57,523 bases of DNA from a virus. Lineage: Duplodnaviria > Caudoviricetes. The notes under the pieces were generated by a model, which made no database searches, was not told the origin of the DNA, and saw nothing but the letters and a program-made list of their open reading frames with translations. The stretch covers positions 1-57,523 of the IMG/VR virus record IMGVR_UViG_3300032268_001051; one strand, written 5' to 3'. The position numbers and the translations under genes were made by a program. Numbering within the stretch: position 1 is the stretch's first letter; each line of letters starts with the position of its first letter. This document shows positions 22,301 to 30,607 of the stretch, one piece after another.

Positions 22301-23169
22301 GTTGTGTTTGACACAACATTACTTTGTTGTTGTTGTAAATTCTGATTTGTTGTTGTGTTGTTGGCAGAAACATTTGTATTATTAATATCATATCTCTTAC
22401 TATACATGTGTGGTGTTGCTAATAAATGAGATATCGAAATTTCGTTCAACACGTTAAACTTAAACCCTTTGAAGTCCAAACTTACAGTATAGTTTCCACT
22501 GGCGCTATTAAATCTTGCATTAAATTTTTCTAAATTCAATTGATATCTAATCGCTTGTCCGTAATAACCTTTTAATGTAAGATAGAATTGTGGGTAAGGT
22601 AAATTGAAGAACGCAGCATAAGGTGAATTATTCCCTAACTGAAATAACGCCTTCCCCTGAACATCCTCTAGTTCAACAGAAACTGAAGGAATAAAGGAAG
22701 ATGAAACTTTTACGTTGATACTTGTAATACCTAAAAGACCGTTGTCGACTATATCTTGTTCATCAACAACTGTGGCAACAGTAAATCCTTTTGAACCTGC
22801 TTGACCTACATTAGTTTTACTTAAGGGTTGGTTACTTGCTTGACCTATTAATGCTCCCGCACCTGTTAACTCATCGTAATAACCAGTCCCAAAATAATTA
22901 TTTTTTCCTGGTCTGAGGAAATTAATTTTGGCAATTGATACAGTTTGTCTTACACTATCTTCAGGACTAACTCCAACAAGTAACTTTGTTCTTGGCAAAA
23001 CATCAGCCTCAAGATTTGCATACATGATAAGATTCTCATGGTCAACTAATCTTTCATAAATTTTACCGTCACTGTTAATTGTGCGGTTTGGGTCAACAAG
23101 TATGATGTTATTGTAATCAAATTCAACATATATGTTACCGTTGTTGTCCGCTTGAATGTTACCTGCCAT
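16390..23169 (-). CDS. Very large baseplate hub-like protein (gp27/GpD-type N- and C-terminal regions) with a C-terminal IPT/TIG domain
   Basis: LGITSINVK...VSVELED near the N-terminus. CSVTALGNALIQP...GPYMITSVSHSI...FVTEFEGVR is the GpD/gp27-type C-terminal motif. PTTVSSYSPTSAAAGTIITVNGTNL is an IPT/TIG start. The likely start MAGNIQ at 23169 overlaps the end of the upstream gene. Confidence 0.65.
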   Translation of the reverse strand: MAGNIQADNNGNIYVEFDYNNIILVDPNRTINSDGKIYERLVDHENLIMYANLEADVLPRTKLLVGVSPEDSVRQTVSIAKINFLRPGKNNYFGTGYYDELTGAGALIGQASNQPLSKTNVGQAGSKGFTVATVVDEQDIVDNGLLGITSINVKVSSSFIPSVSVELEDVQGKALFQLGNNSPYAAFFNLPYPQFYLTLKGYYGQAIRYQLNLEKFNARFNSASGNYTVSLDFKGFKFNVLNEISISHLLATPHMYSKRYDINNTNVSANNTTTNQNLQQQQSNVVSNTTNTDPSKASVSTSASFVSEKGYQKIVEVYSEYKSKGLIQPDFPELTLMQLINKFDTFQQEIVNSYPKVNVEPLTNVRNYVKAATEFQTAVFGTNSSWSYKYLDPKPIVLDDNTKVYFFKSNLFNNLTQEEVAITELKSIFTKYISILTENPTLGLNKPAEIKLNNLGYEKLVETLNIANVNLPKTAIQFFNVATPSSGQTQQVKQEIELKLTPREEKVNGSSSKTSPPLYVFEGKNRFIQTMSQILTEANRKLQEFEAAITEDLKNRIQSQSLGIGFNPTARNIIAVIMANAEGFLRLMDEVHSNAWNVKNDPIRKQVVQNNVSSAPNIEVRKNVSIARNAATLNQGLSTAEEPVYPWPSFFKESPDDKKGRFQLTYIGDPSVVDITQGYLFQTWPEVEFVEEYMKGLNQKFSVPTSQTPIASQQTTPLVSINAIEYPQSNVPFSNKEILKFLYEIWERQFVTSHYSNYIRGTANQQNQIVNLNKTADTSNIVVSVGTSAPLLAFNLKNEPYTSTNFTTYLSNYSNFGTGKSWQDFIRDFFITPYIKSEVETPFRILGTDELGLEPQVNVNRGELLQLAKEAPNDPLIIDTYPFRDYVWSSTNLANSQSSQQQQVYGTNKSLKVFPDRNQLSNFENIYDYTTNRPVTNFSYLNVSQPSFLVQPIETTQQNLKDFYDTRNPNQFIPTEGFSRYSSPSGAMPAKKSTSIINTPYFINAIQEGVESDRTGSTYPYVTAAYLFLNSLPLGTLKEKYKTNGQQTELDYIASVFNKFGAIHKMPYAWVLKLGSVWHRYKKYVDDRVDILDSVWKNFDYINNYDPVTNNVGKQYDVKLKDTTNTISIQLQTQNTQQIKIQPGFYPKLVNDFNYFYNGINLYKNYTSSEIQSSINDGMLLYQFPNSNFNTSQNGVSLSLATWSILIPKNINDSFTTPNVCIPAATSQLDNDYYVIPSFGVNINQSKFECLNKDTQANTVVNLTFNPSMYNGSVRSLWSAPNYGYFNSDEITKPSYDEYMTFIPSGSSVSPMFLNPVEGYSKIEEIFGVFDAKTLNLMEQEFLNYCKPITNVSYRVNQSTIDATVIQMDSNFRNFQSFMRSTMTVFPTAPSNRVETLFQDTITKQFDNFNSQIKGFMQYDVILRNGNPSNYSRRIFDSYVSYQNTVQRVISPINFTPYTLNSVPTLGGTVTLAQSRQRYPNEWKALEKEVGFSTIDRLRYKDSGSYITDFFVDNNIGFTVENIALCSKLIKMYATQKLLNPSLNASTFKGQLNTYLNGLDTYQNLLLNQLIAGFKAALPNVNQPTEAQINSQVQSMQGKVETYEVFKTLNDKWVAGSDYKTKTLFEDILFLDRASRNIGDTIILDIFDIKNMLNKNYLNEGMSVYTLISGMLMKNNFTVMPLPAYVNFYNVQDVDGVTVPNPEGSLEFADNLWGTFRNVDYRKSGPKMVCFYVGKPSGHLNLPNIVSGYGDDSFEFRRSSEVPLLENQSGKKDYAISNKCVGFNVDIGIRNQNIFSSFSVGQDNGKATSESIQSVLEMANQTNTRTVGNQNASLYNYYKGRSYTCSVTALGNALIQPTMYFNLRHVPMFNGPYMITSVSHSISAGNFVTEFEGVRQGVYDLPPIDNFIQAINQNLLTQIEALVVNKTDQPTTQGTTTQSIANNVVQDADENTLAAQNSCSANLNSSYISWVTTGATETKLSQLEFANAIKASAPNNVALQTAIYIITYVRGYAKSLSDAGQFSSWENNFGVITLDKDNYSQTENFVQNSFFCVNTKTLGGIKQLPAARFKDLNAYLTYMKNIIGPRINEIQDQGGLLKYYVTSFPVDTMKTEDYEKDKQRYVKEFTPLFNAAALNAARNGLNGGIVVEQRQTPQTTQSQGNTPAPTPTCPPTTVSSYSPTSAAAGTIITVNGTNLEFVTSITVDNQPVDVRSIQLIGTTKIKFSVPTLTNAIPGVQVNIVLESSNNTSDITLTPPLNYI

Positions 23170-23482
23170 AATAATAAAAATAATTTTCCAAAGCACCTTT
23201 GTAATCCTGTAATGAAGGAATCAAAGGAAATGGAATTACGAGTATAGCACCATCGTAGATATTATTTTCTAAACCCCCAAATTGTGGGTTGGCTTGTAAT
23301 ATTAACCAACTGAAATATGGAGAGCTGTAGAACTGTTGGGACACTTTATCCAATCTACTTTGCGCAATCTTATAAATGTATGTTTTATCGGTGGTCTTCT
23401 GTGGAATATTCACATAAGGCACAACGGTTTGTTCACCATTTATAAGAAACTCACTGTATCTATTATAGTAAGGAAATCCCAT
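23159..23482 (-). CDS. Baseplate wedge protein (gp53 / LysM-like tail X family)
   Basis: RLDKVSQQFY...WLILQANP...IYDGAILVIP motif, positioned just before the hub-like gene. Confidence 0.75.
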   Translation of the reverse strand: MGFPYYNRYSEFLINGEQTVVPYVNIPQKTTDKTYIYKIAQSRLDKVSQQFYSSPYFSWLILQANPQFGGLENNIYDGAILVIPFPLIPSLQDYKGALENYFYYYGR

Positions 23483-26400
23483 TAGTTAAGTTTTATTTTT
23501 GAAATAAAGATTGAGCCTTGAGGGTCATTCCATGTTGTTTTATTTGTTGATTGGTTTGTTGTAGCCCCAAGAGCCTTAATTAAATTTTTCTCATTATCCG
23601 AAGGATTAGTGTTCAATTCATAATTAAACAATCTAGTCTTACTTGGGAACGGTGTATATTTGATAAAGTTTTTAAGTTTATTTGTTTCCATTTCATTCAA
23701 GAATGCCTGTGTTAAAGCATTTTCTTGGTCGAATAATGGTTTGGCTTGTGACAACCAATACGCATCAAATTCTTGTGATATGTTTGTGTTACTACCCGCA
23801 GTCCCAAGTAATTTATCGTTATTAATAATATTACCAATTAACGCATTTTTAAATGTTTGATAGTTTTCACTTTTCAAATCATTTGATAATAACATATACT
23901 CACGTTTCAATGGAAGACTAACAAATTTAGGGTCCTTAGAGTATTGATTAAAAATCACACTTTCTAATGCCTTAGCCGTTGTGTTTTCTTTCGTTTCTCC
24001 ATACACTAAATAACCATTATAAGAATTACCTTGATAATTAAACTGTGATGATGTTGTTGTTAAAACGTAAAACTCATTCAAATTAGTTTTTATTTTCGTT
24101 ATGTCGTCAACCATCTCTATCAAAGTAGTTGCTGGTCCTCCAGCAGCAACTTGGGTTGTTCCACTTGTTTTGTATAGTCTTAAGTTTCCATTCTTTTGTT
24201 GTAAACCGTCCAACTGAGTTCCACTTCCTGTATTATATGGCGCAGTATTCGCTCTACTTATGAATTGTAGATATGTTTGCTCCGCATTAACCATATCCTG
24301 ATTAATCTTTGTTAATCCGTTTTGGAAAGTCCCTTTTTTATTTTTTACATATTGAACGAAATTTTTTCTCAATTCTCTAATTGCCTTTTCATTAAATTGT
24401 TTTTGTGGTCTTGTAATGAAGAACATAAATGGGTCTTGAGTAGATTCAGTCGTTGACTCAATATTTCCAATGAAATCATTGGTAACTTTATCAATTATTT
24501 GTTGAATTGAATCCGGCTTACCAAATAAATAAACCTCCTCGCTTGGTGTAACCAAGAAATTTCCTTTAGTATAAATTCTTGCAGTGCTCCAATTCTGAAG
24601 TATTGCATTGTTATATTGGTTGAGAGCGTCTTTACTCTTGTTAACAACAGTTTGGAAATATGTTTGAGTTGTCGAAACTAAATTATCCATAAACTGTTGG
24701 TATGATACCGTTCCTGTCTCTCCACTAGCAGTTATAACCGTTGTTATTTTATCTCCAATAGTATTTTCATTCGATTGTCCGTTAAGGTTTGGCGCTTGAT
24801 TTACTGTTGGAACAGCAGCCTGGTTAACTAATTGTAAGAACTCTTTATCAAGAACTTTAAGACTATCATCGGTAACATCCGCTCTATCATCCCACATCTC
24901 TGTGTTTGCATAATAATTGAACGTCAGAGCGTTTTGTAACTTATCTATAGATTCCTTAAGTCCACTACCTCCAACGAACTTAAATGACATTGTAACGTTG
25001 GCAATCATTGGTTGGATTCCAATACCTTCGGGATTAATATCTAAACTTTCATAACTAATTTGAAGTCCATCAGGTATGATTTTAGTGTTATAGAAATCCC
25101 CAATTCTTAAAACTAAAACTGGTGGTGCTCCAAAAGCCGTATTAACAGCATCATTGAATTGAAGTTCTTGTTTCCCGTCAATTTCTTTAACCGTTGGTAT
25201 TGTATCACCAGGTCTCATGCATTGTTGTAAGAATGTCAATCTTGAGTTCAATCCTTCAGGTGTTGTAGAATGAAATGCGGGTTGAAAGAATTTTAACTTC
25301 TCTCTAAGTGAATCATACACCATAGGTGTTTCTTCTTTAATCGTTTCAAAGTAATCACACTCAGACAATAAAGTCCTTAAGACTCTCTTGGTGATATTAT
25401 CAGGTTTTCTTATTTTTGTTTCAATGTTTTGCGCATTGATTGGTCTCAATGGTTCATTACCAGGTCCTCCTGAAGGTTGTGTTGGTTGTGCGGGTTGTTG
25501 GTTTGGAACTCCTGTTGTTGCCACAATCGAAGAAATACTAACTCTTCTACATCCCATAGCATCTAATGAGTAGATTTGAGAATTGTTGTTTGCAGTCTCA
25601 CTGTCGTTCGAATCACTACAACTGAATGATGTTTCAACGAACTTACCCTCCTTTGTATCCCATCTTTTTGCATTTGCATTTTCACCTTTTGGAACTTGTC
25701 TGAATTTAATTCTACCGATATTGATTAATTTTTTTAAGGCGGGGTCTGATTCGAAAAATTTAATAACCGAATCTATTCTTCTTTCCGATAACGTAAGATT
25801 ATAAGGTGATTTACCTGCAGCAGATGCGCTTCCCTCCAATGTAATAGTAACTATTTTATTTGGATTATTTTCCAACGTGCTTGCTAGTTGAACGAAGAAA
25901 TTATCTTTAACCTCGTCATAGTTTTTTGCAACTACGTTACCAAAAAATTGTTGAAGGTCTGGCTTACTATATTCTGTGCTACCACTTTGTGCTGTGTAAA
26001 TTGAATAGTATGATGGGTAAGTTGAAATGTTTCCTTGAACAGGGTCGTTGTTAGGGAAATACAATGAGAAGTTCTGAAACTGTTTTAAATCATCACTAGG
26101 TGTGTTTTGACTTGGTTCTGCAACCAAAGTAGCTTGATTACCTGAATTATCCTTACCTGTTGCCACAGTGTCTCTAATGAACCCTAATTGCTCTTTACTC
26201 AAATCACCTGAATTGATAATTTGTTGAAGTTCGTTTAATTCACCAGGAGCAACCGTATAGTATTTCTTAGCCAATTCATAAAGGTCATATTTTCTACAAC
26301 CAGCAAAGAATGATTCGAGAATACTATTAACTCTATTCTTATTTGTTTCATTACTAAGGACCTTGTTAACTATAATATTTAAAACTGAAGGATGGTCAAC

Positions 26401-28461
26401 AACAATTTTCCAAGTTATAGAACCTGTTCTTTGTGTGTTAGTGTAGGTATAAACCGGTTCAGGTCTTCCTAAGAAATCTGTTGATTTCCAGTTAGCACTC
26501 ACAGACTCGTTAAATGTTAAACCATATGGTGGGAACCACATGACTCTACCACTATTAGGACCTCTCTCACATATTGGCAATTCCGAAACACTGAACCCTG
26601 GTGTTGCAGATGTTCTCCAAGCTAAATTTTCAAGTGAGAACATATATTTTTTAGCATAAGATACACCATTAGCGGTATCGTTAACTAAGTTAGTTGAATC
26701 TTGTCCACCCTCTCTTTTGTTCGGAGCGATATTCAAGTTGTATGTTGAGTCCATTACAGAGTATGCAAACTTTCTACCTTGAGTTGTCATACCATCTGTC
26801 TTCTGTAAGTCATTATACTGAAGATATGGAATATCTTTAGCAAAAACTCTACAATATTCTGTTCCAACCTCTTGTCCGATTGCTCCTGTATAAGTTAAAA
26901 CTCTCGAACCTTTAGTCATCTCATTATACCCATCGTGGAATACCTTACTGACTTGGTCAATTGCATTACCAACGTGTTGTAATCTTCTACCACCTTGTGG
27001 TTGGCTATCGATGATTCTTTGAGTATCATCCATAATAGAACCTTGTCTGAACTCTATGTTTGTTGATTCAGTGCTATTATAAGAAGATGGCTTGAAGTCT
27101 TGGTCTTGGTCAGTAATCTCACCACCAATACCAACTTTCTTACCAGCATTACCTTTATATTTTGGAGAAACCCATGTAAACCCACCTTCAATACCACCAC
27201 CATTACTGTATGTTGGTCCATTGGCAGCAAGTTTAATTTCTCTACTAACACCTTCATATAGTTGAGCTAACTCCGAGGGTCCATAAACAGGAGCTTCTTG
27301 CTCTTGACCATAGGAGTTTACAGGTATATCACCTCCTGGTGAGAATACTCTTGATGGGTCTGAAGTTATCGAACCAACATAGAAATTACTATTTGATTCA
27401 ACTGTTCCAACCAAAGCTCCGGCAAGTCTGTCGAATATTGTTCTTTGGTAATTCGGCTTGTATTTGTTGTAATCTATATTATCGAATAATCTAGACTTCT
27501 GACCACCACCTGTATTGTTCAAAAATAATTGAGACCCAGATTTGTCAGCTCCAACTAATCTATTAAAGAATCGACCAACCGTAGACCTTCTGAATGCATT
27601 GTTCAGTTGTTGTATTGTTGTTGGTTGTCTTTGATTAATTGATGGGTCAAAGTAAGAACCAGGAATAGTTGAGACAGGAATAATACTACCACCAAGTCTT
27701 AACGCAAAATCAGTTGCCGCCAATATTGGATTTGCAGGAACTGTAATCTGATAGTTTGGTTCTATTAATGGAACCCTTCCTGTAATAAGATTAAGAATGT
27801 CAGTTCCACCTCTTACGTTGAAAGCATTTACTCTTCCTATTGTATTTTGTCTAATACCCGTGGCAATTCTTCTTTGAAATTCCGCTCTAAGCGTTTCCGC
27901 TCCTAACTTAGCAATAAACGAATCCTGAGATAAAAGTCCGTTAGAACCTGTTGGGTCTGGTGATAATAAAATCGATACAGGACTATACGTCGATGGGACG
28001 AAGGTTGTTGGGTATGGTTGGTTGTTTGATGTGTTAGTTGTAGGTGGTCTATTAATCGATTCAAAGAATGGAGCACTGTCTAAAGGTAGTTCTCCTCCAT
28101 TTGAAAACACGTTGAGTGGTTTCCACTTTTGTGACTCAAGTGCCGATTGACCTACAATGTTTGCATCTTGGTATCCATATTCACCTTCGTTTGATTTTGT
28201 ATTTTGTAAATTACCAGTGTCGGATGCCGGTTGGAATCCGCCCTCAGCACCATATCTATTGAGTGGGTATAATTTGTTGGCTAAACTCGGTTCATCTATT
28301 AAAACATCAGGAGTATCTAAAACGGCTCTATCTGATTGAATATACTCGTAGTTGGTTGGTGGCGTAGTTCTACTTGGAGACTTTGCATATGGTGCTAAGT
28401 TCTTTGTAATAAGTTTTTTTCTAAACCCTTCGGAACTAATTAAATCTAACGGACTACCCAT
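23482..28461 (-). CDS. Large tail-tube initiator/baseplate protein with an inserted OmpA-like peptidoglycan-binding domain
   Basis: The tube-initiator-like halves NWKSTDFLGRPEPVYTYTNTQR and APPVLVLRIGD...PMIANVTMSF flank an OmpA_C-like region (LYFPNN...LEGSAS...YNLTLSERRIDSV...KGE...RRVSI). Confidence 0.65.
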   Translation of the reverse strand: MGSPLDLISSEGFRKKLITKNLAPYAKSPSRTTPPTNYEYIQSDRAVLDTPDVLIDEPSLANKLYPLNRYGAEGGFQPASDTGNLQNTKSNEGEYGYQDANIVGQSALESQKWKPLNVFSNGGELPLDSAPFFESINRPPTTNTSNNQPYPTTFVPSTYSPVSILLSPDPTGSNGLLSQDSFIAKLGAETLRAEFQRRIATGIRQNTIGRVNAFNVRGGTDILNLITGRVPLIEPNYQITVPANPILAATDFALRLGGSIIPVSTIPGSYFDPSINQRQPTTIQQLNNAFRRSTVGRFFNRLVGADKSGSQLFLNNTGGGQKSRLFDNIDYNKYKPNYQRTIFDRLAGALVGTVESNSNFYVGSITSDPSRVFSPGGDIPVNSYGQEQEAPVYGPSELAQLYEGVSREIKLAANGPTYSNGGGIEGGFTWVSPKYKGNAGKKVGIGGEITDQDQDFKPSSYNSTESTNIEFRQGSIMDDTQRIIDSQPQGGRRLQHVGNAIDQVSKVFHDGYNEMTKGSRVLTYTGAIGQEVGTEYCRVFAKDIPYLQYNDLQKTDGMTTQGRKFAYSVMDSTYNLNIAPNKREGGQDSTNLVNDTANGVSYAKKYMFSLENLAWRTSATPGFSVSELPICERGPNSGRVMWFPPYGLTFNESVSANWKSTDFLGRPEPVYTYTNTQRTGSITWKIVVDHPSVLNIIVNKVLSNETNKNRVNSILESFFAGCRKYDLYELAKKYYTVAPGELNELQQIINSGDLSKEQLGFIRDTVATGKDNSGNQATLVAEPSQNTPSDDLKQFQNFSLYFPNNDPVQGNISTYPSYYSIYTAQSGSTEYSKPDLQQFFGNVVAKNYDEVKDNFFVQLASTLENNPNKIVTITLEGSASAAGKSPYNLTLSERRIDSVIKFFESDPALKKLINIGRIKFRQVPKGENANAKRWDTKEGKFVETSFSCSDSNDSETANNNSQIYSLDAMGCRRVSISSIVATTGVPNQQPAQPTQPSGGPGNEPLRPINAQNIETKIRKPDNITKRVLRTLLSECDYFETIKEETPMVYDSLREKLKFFQPAFHSTTPEGLNSRLTFLQQCMRPGDTIPTVKEIDGKQELQFNDAVNTAFGAPPVLVLRIGDFYNTKIIPDGLQISYESLDINPEGIGIQPMIANVTMSFKFVGGSGLKESIDKLQNALTFNYYANTEMWDDRADVTDDSLKVLDKEFLQLVNQAAVPTVNQAPNLNGQSNENTIGDKITTVITASGETGTVSYQQFMDNLVSTTQTYFQTVVNKSKDALNQYNNAILQNWSTARIYTKGNFLVTPSEEVYLFGKPDSIQQIIDKVTNDFIGNIESTTESTQDPFMFFITRPQKQFNEKAIRELRKNFVQYVKNKKGTFQNGLTKINQDMVNAEQTYLQFISRANTAPYNTGSGTQLDGLQQKNGNLRLYKTSGTTQVAAGGPATTLIEMVDDITKIKTNLNEFYVLTTTSSQFNYQGNSYNGYLVYGETKENTTAKALESVIFNQYSKDPKFVSLPLKREYMLLSNDLKSENYQTFKNALIGNIINNDKLLGTAGSNTNISQEFDAYWLSQAKPLFDQENALTQAFLNEMETNKLKNFIKYTPFPSKTRLFNYELNTNPSDNEKNLIKALGATTNQSTNKTTWNDPQGSIFISKIKLN

Positions 28462-28498
28462 TAATTGTTTTTCTTATAAATAGGTTATTCCTATTTTT

Positions 28499-30388
28499 TT
28501 ATCTGATTCTACCAGGAGTTATCTTGGATTGTTCTGTAACGATTTCAAAAATTCGTTCTTTCAATGTTACCGAACCTTTACTTAAAATTTCTTCAATTAT
28601 CTTGGAATCAGCTCCTGTGGCTGTCACATTGATATCAATTTTTCCACTTATTGGTTTTACCTCTATTGTTTCGGTGACACTGGCTCCTCCTCCTCCTACT
28701 GCTCTACCCTTCCCTGTTGCTATAGTTTCCGCAGCTTTTGCGCTACCAAAAAGAAAGTCTGTATTTATTTTTGTTCCAGCCGACACGGCACTACCTAAAT
28801 CCAAAGGTTTGGGGCCTGCTTTTTTTATTTTTGTTTTCTTAGCGCTTTCCTCAAAGAAAGAAAAAAGTTGGTTTATTTTTTCATCGTTTATAGGTAAACT
28901 ACCCCCTTTGAGTTTCCCCAACATGTCAGTGAAACCATCTAAAACATCCCCTCCCATTTTCATGGCTTCACCTTTCAACTCGTCGAGAACCTCTTTTCTC
29001 TTTGTTGGGTCTGTCGTGGTAGCCAATTTTTTTTCAAGCTTTTCCATAGTATCTTGGAAATCTTGATTGAAATATGTTTCGGTTCCCTTTCTAACTCCAC
29101 CCCTTAACGCATCAGACCCCTTCGCAACACTACTTATCGCTGTTTTATTTCCAGTAATACCCCTCAGGATTTTTTCGTTAATTTCCTTGAGGTTTTGTAA
29201 CATGCTCTCCTGTGTATTCAACTGACTTCTCTGAACCGCTTCGATATCTTTTGGTCTAGTTTTTTCAGCTTCTAAGGTTGCCTTTAATTGTTCAGAGCTC
29301 AAGTCTGTCAACTTTTTATAGGATTCTTGTCCTTTATCGTCCACAACTTTGATTTCATAACCTCCTTTTTCCTTATTCATCCTCGACAGGTTAGCAATCA
29401 ACATTTGGTCGTCTTCACTGAACCCTGCAGCAAGTCCTGTTTTCTTTATGTCACCAATTCTTTTATCGAAATCCGCGGCAGATAACGCAGCTTCTCTCAT
29501 TGATTTAGCACTAACACCTGTTTGAGATTCCATTTCTCTAAGTGTCAAAATACCTTGAGGACTTATTTTGAATTGTTGTGCTGATTCATCGAAATATGTA
29601 AATTGTTTCGCAACATTAATTAAAGAGTTTTGTAAACCTGATGGGTCATTTATTGATTGATTCATCAACATGAATGGGTCCGTTAAATTTCCTGCAGAAA
29701 CACCCAATCTTTGGAATGCGGATGCCACCTCAATAGCTTTGTCTGGGTCCAATACTTTATCTGCCAACTCGAATGTTTCTTTCATATCGAATCTCAACAT
29801 AGATGCTTGAGCAGCCATTTTAGTTAATCCTTGAACCCCTCCTTCAAAATTGAATCTTGATAACTTATCTGTGTTAGAAACAACATCTTTCATTACTGTC
29901 GATGCGTTTACCCCGATACTATTTACGTAACTTATTGAGTCAACAACTTTTTCAGATATATCTGAATACATGATACCAACTTTTGCAAACTCATCAACAA
30001 GTTTAGTAACATCTTGACCTATAACTTTACTTGTTGCAAACAGTTCTTGTATATCATCTTTCGAAGCTATCAAATTTCTTCTTGACCCTTTTGCAATTCC
30101 ATCGATTGTTTTTCCTACATCTTCAAACTTTCCACCTAATCCAATAACTTCAGGAGAAACATCTGCAATTGCTTGCATCATTTCGTTAATTCTAGTTCTA
30201 CTACCGATGAACTCTTTGTTTAAGGTTTCAGCAGCGATTGTAATCTTATTAAGTTGATTTGGGATTTCCTTCAGTGGGTCCAAAATTCTTGTTGCCTCGT
30301 CTGTGAGGTTTTTCATAGCTGTTTGAATATCAGTAATACTACCAGCTAAGTTTGGGTCTGTTGTTCCTTGGGGAGTTGGGTCAAACAT
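28499..30388 (-). CDS. Probable tail tape measure protein
   Basis: 629 aa Ala/Lys/Glu-rich, helical-looking protein with no Trp or Cys, in the canonical position after tube and chaperone genes and before baseplate hub genes. Confidence 0.65.
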   Translation of the reverse strand: MFDPTPQGTTDPNLAGSITDIQTAMKNLTDEATRILDPLKEIPNQLNKITIAAETLNKEFIGSRTRINEMMQAIADVSPEVIGLGGKFEDVGKTIDGIAKGSRRNLIASKDDIQELFATSKVIGQDVTKLVDEFAKVGIMYSDISEKVVDSISYVNSIGVNASTVMKDVVSNTDKLSRFNFEGGVQGLTKMAAQASMLRFDMKETFELADKVLDPDKAIEVASAFQRLGVSAGNLTDPFMLMNQSINDPSGLQNSLINVAKQFTYFDESAQQFKISPQGILTLREMESQTGVSAKSMREAALSAADFDKRIGDIKKTGLAAGFSEDDQMLIANLSRMNKEKGGYEIKVVDDKGQESYKKLTDLSSEQLKATLEAEKTRPKDIEAVQRSQLNTQESMLQNLKEINEKILRGITGNKTAISSVAKGSDALRGGVRKGTETYFNQDFQDTMEKLEKKLATTTDPTKRKEVLDELKGEAMKMGGDVLDGFTDMLGKLKGGSLPINDEKINQLFSFFEESAKKTKIKKAGPKPLDLGSAVSAGTKINTDFLFGSAKAAETIATGKGRAVGGGGASVTETIEVKPISGKIDINVTATGADSKIIEEILSKGSVTLKERIFEIVTEQSKITPGRIR

Positions 30389-30414
30389 AAATCAATTATT
30401 TCCTATAAATAGAT

Positions 30415-30437
30415 AAAGGACTAAAATTTAGTCCTTT
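30415..30437 (-). terminator. Hairpin overlapping the stop of the short chaperone-like ORF (possible weak terminator)
   Basis: AAAGGACTA-5 nt-TAGTCCTTT inverted repeat. The U-tract is poor. Confidence 0.45.
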
Positions 30438-30607
30438 CTATTATTTTCTATCCATTTATCCAAGAGATATTTCCTCATAAAAATCGGCATTGAAATGAAA
30501 TCTTGGTATGTTATCTTAAGTAATGAGTTCAGGTAATAGAATTCATCTAGTTGTCCTTTCCTATAATCAGAAGAAAGGGCGAAAAAACTCAACCCCAAAA
30601 CCAACAT
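30428..30607 (-). CDS. Short gp51/GT-like tail chaperone ORF (59 aa), possibly a frameshift extension of the upstream gene
   Basis: Not in the ORF track. Reads MLVLGLSFFALSSDYRKGQLDEFYYLNSLLKITYQDFISMPIFMRKYLLDKWIENNRKD. The ...YQDFISMPIFMRKYLL pattern is typical of the second tail-assembly-chaperone ORF. Overlaps the upstream gene by 41 nt in the +1 frame. Confidence 0.7.
   Translation of the reverse strand: MLVLGLSFFALSSDYRKGQLDEFYYLNSLLKITYQDFISMPIFMRKYLLDKWIENNRKD

Noticed and set aside
28524-29066. 180 aa plus-strand ORF and the many other 60-130 aa ORFs nested in or antisense to long genes
   Set aside because: They lie wholly within well-supported genes, have no recognisable motifs or upstream TATTTAT element, and read like antisense or off-frame shadows.
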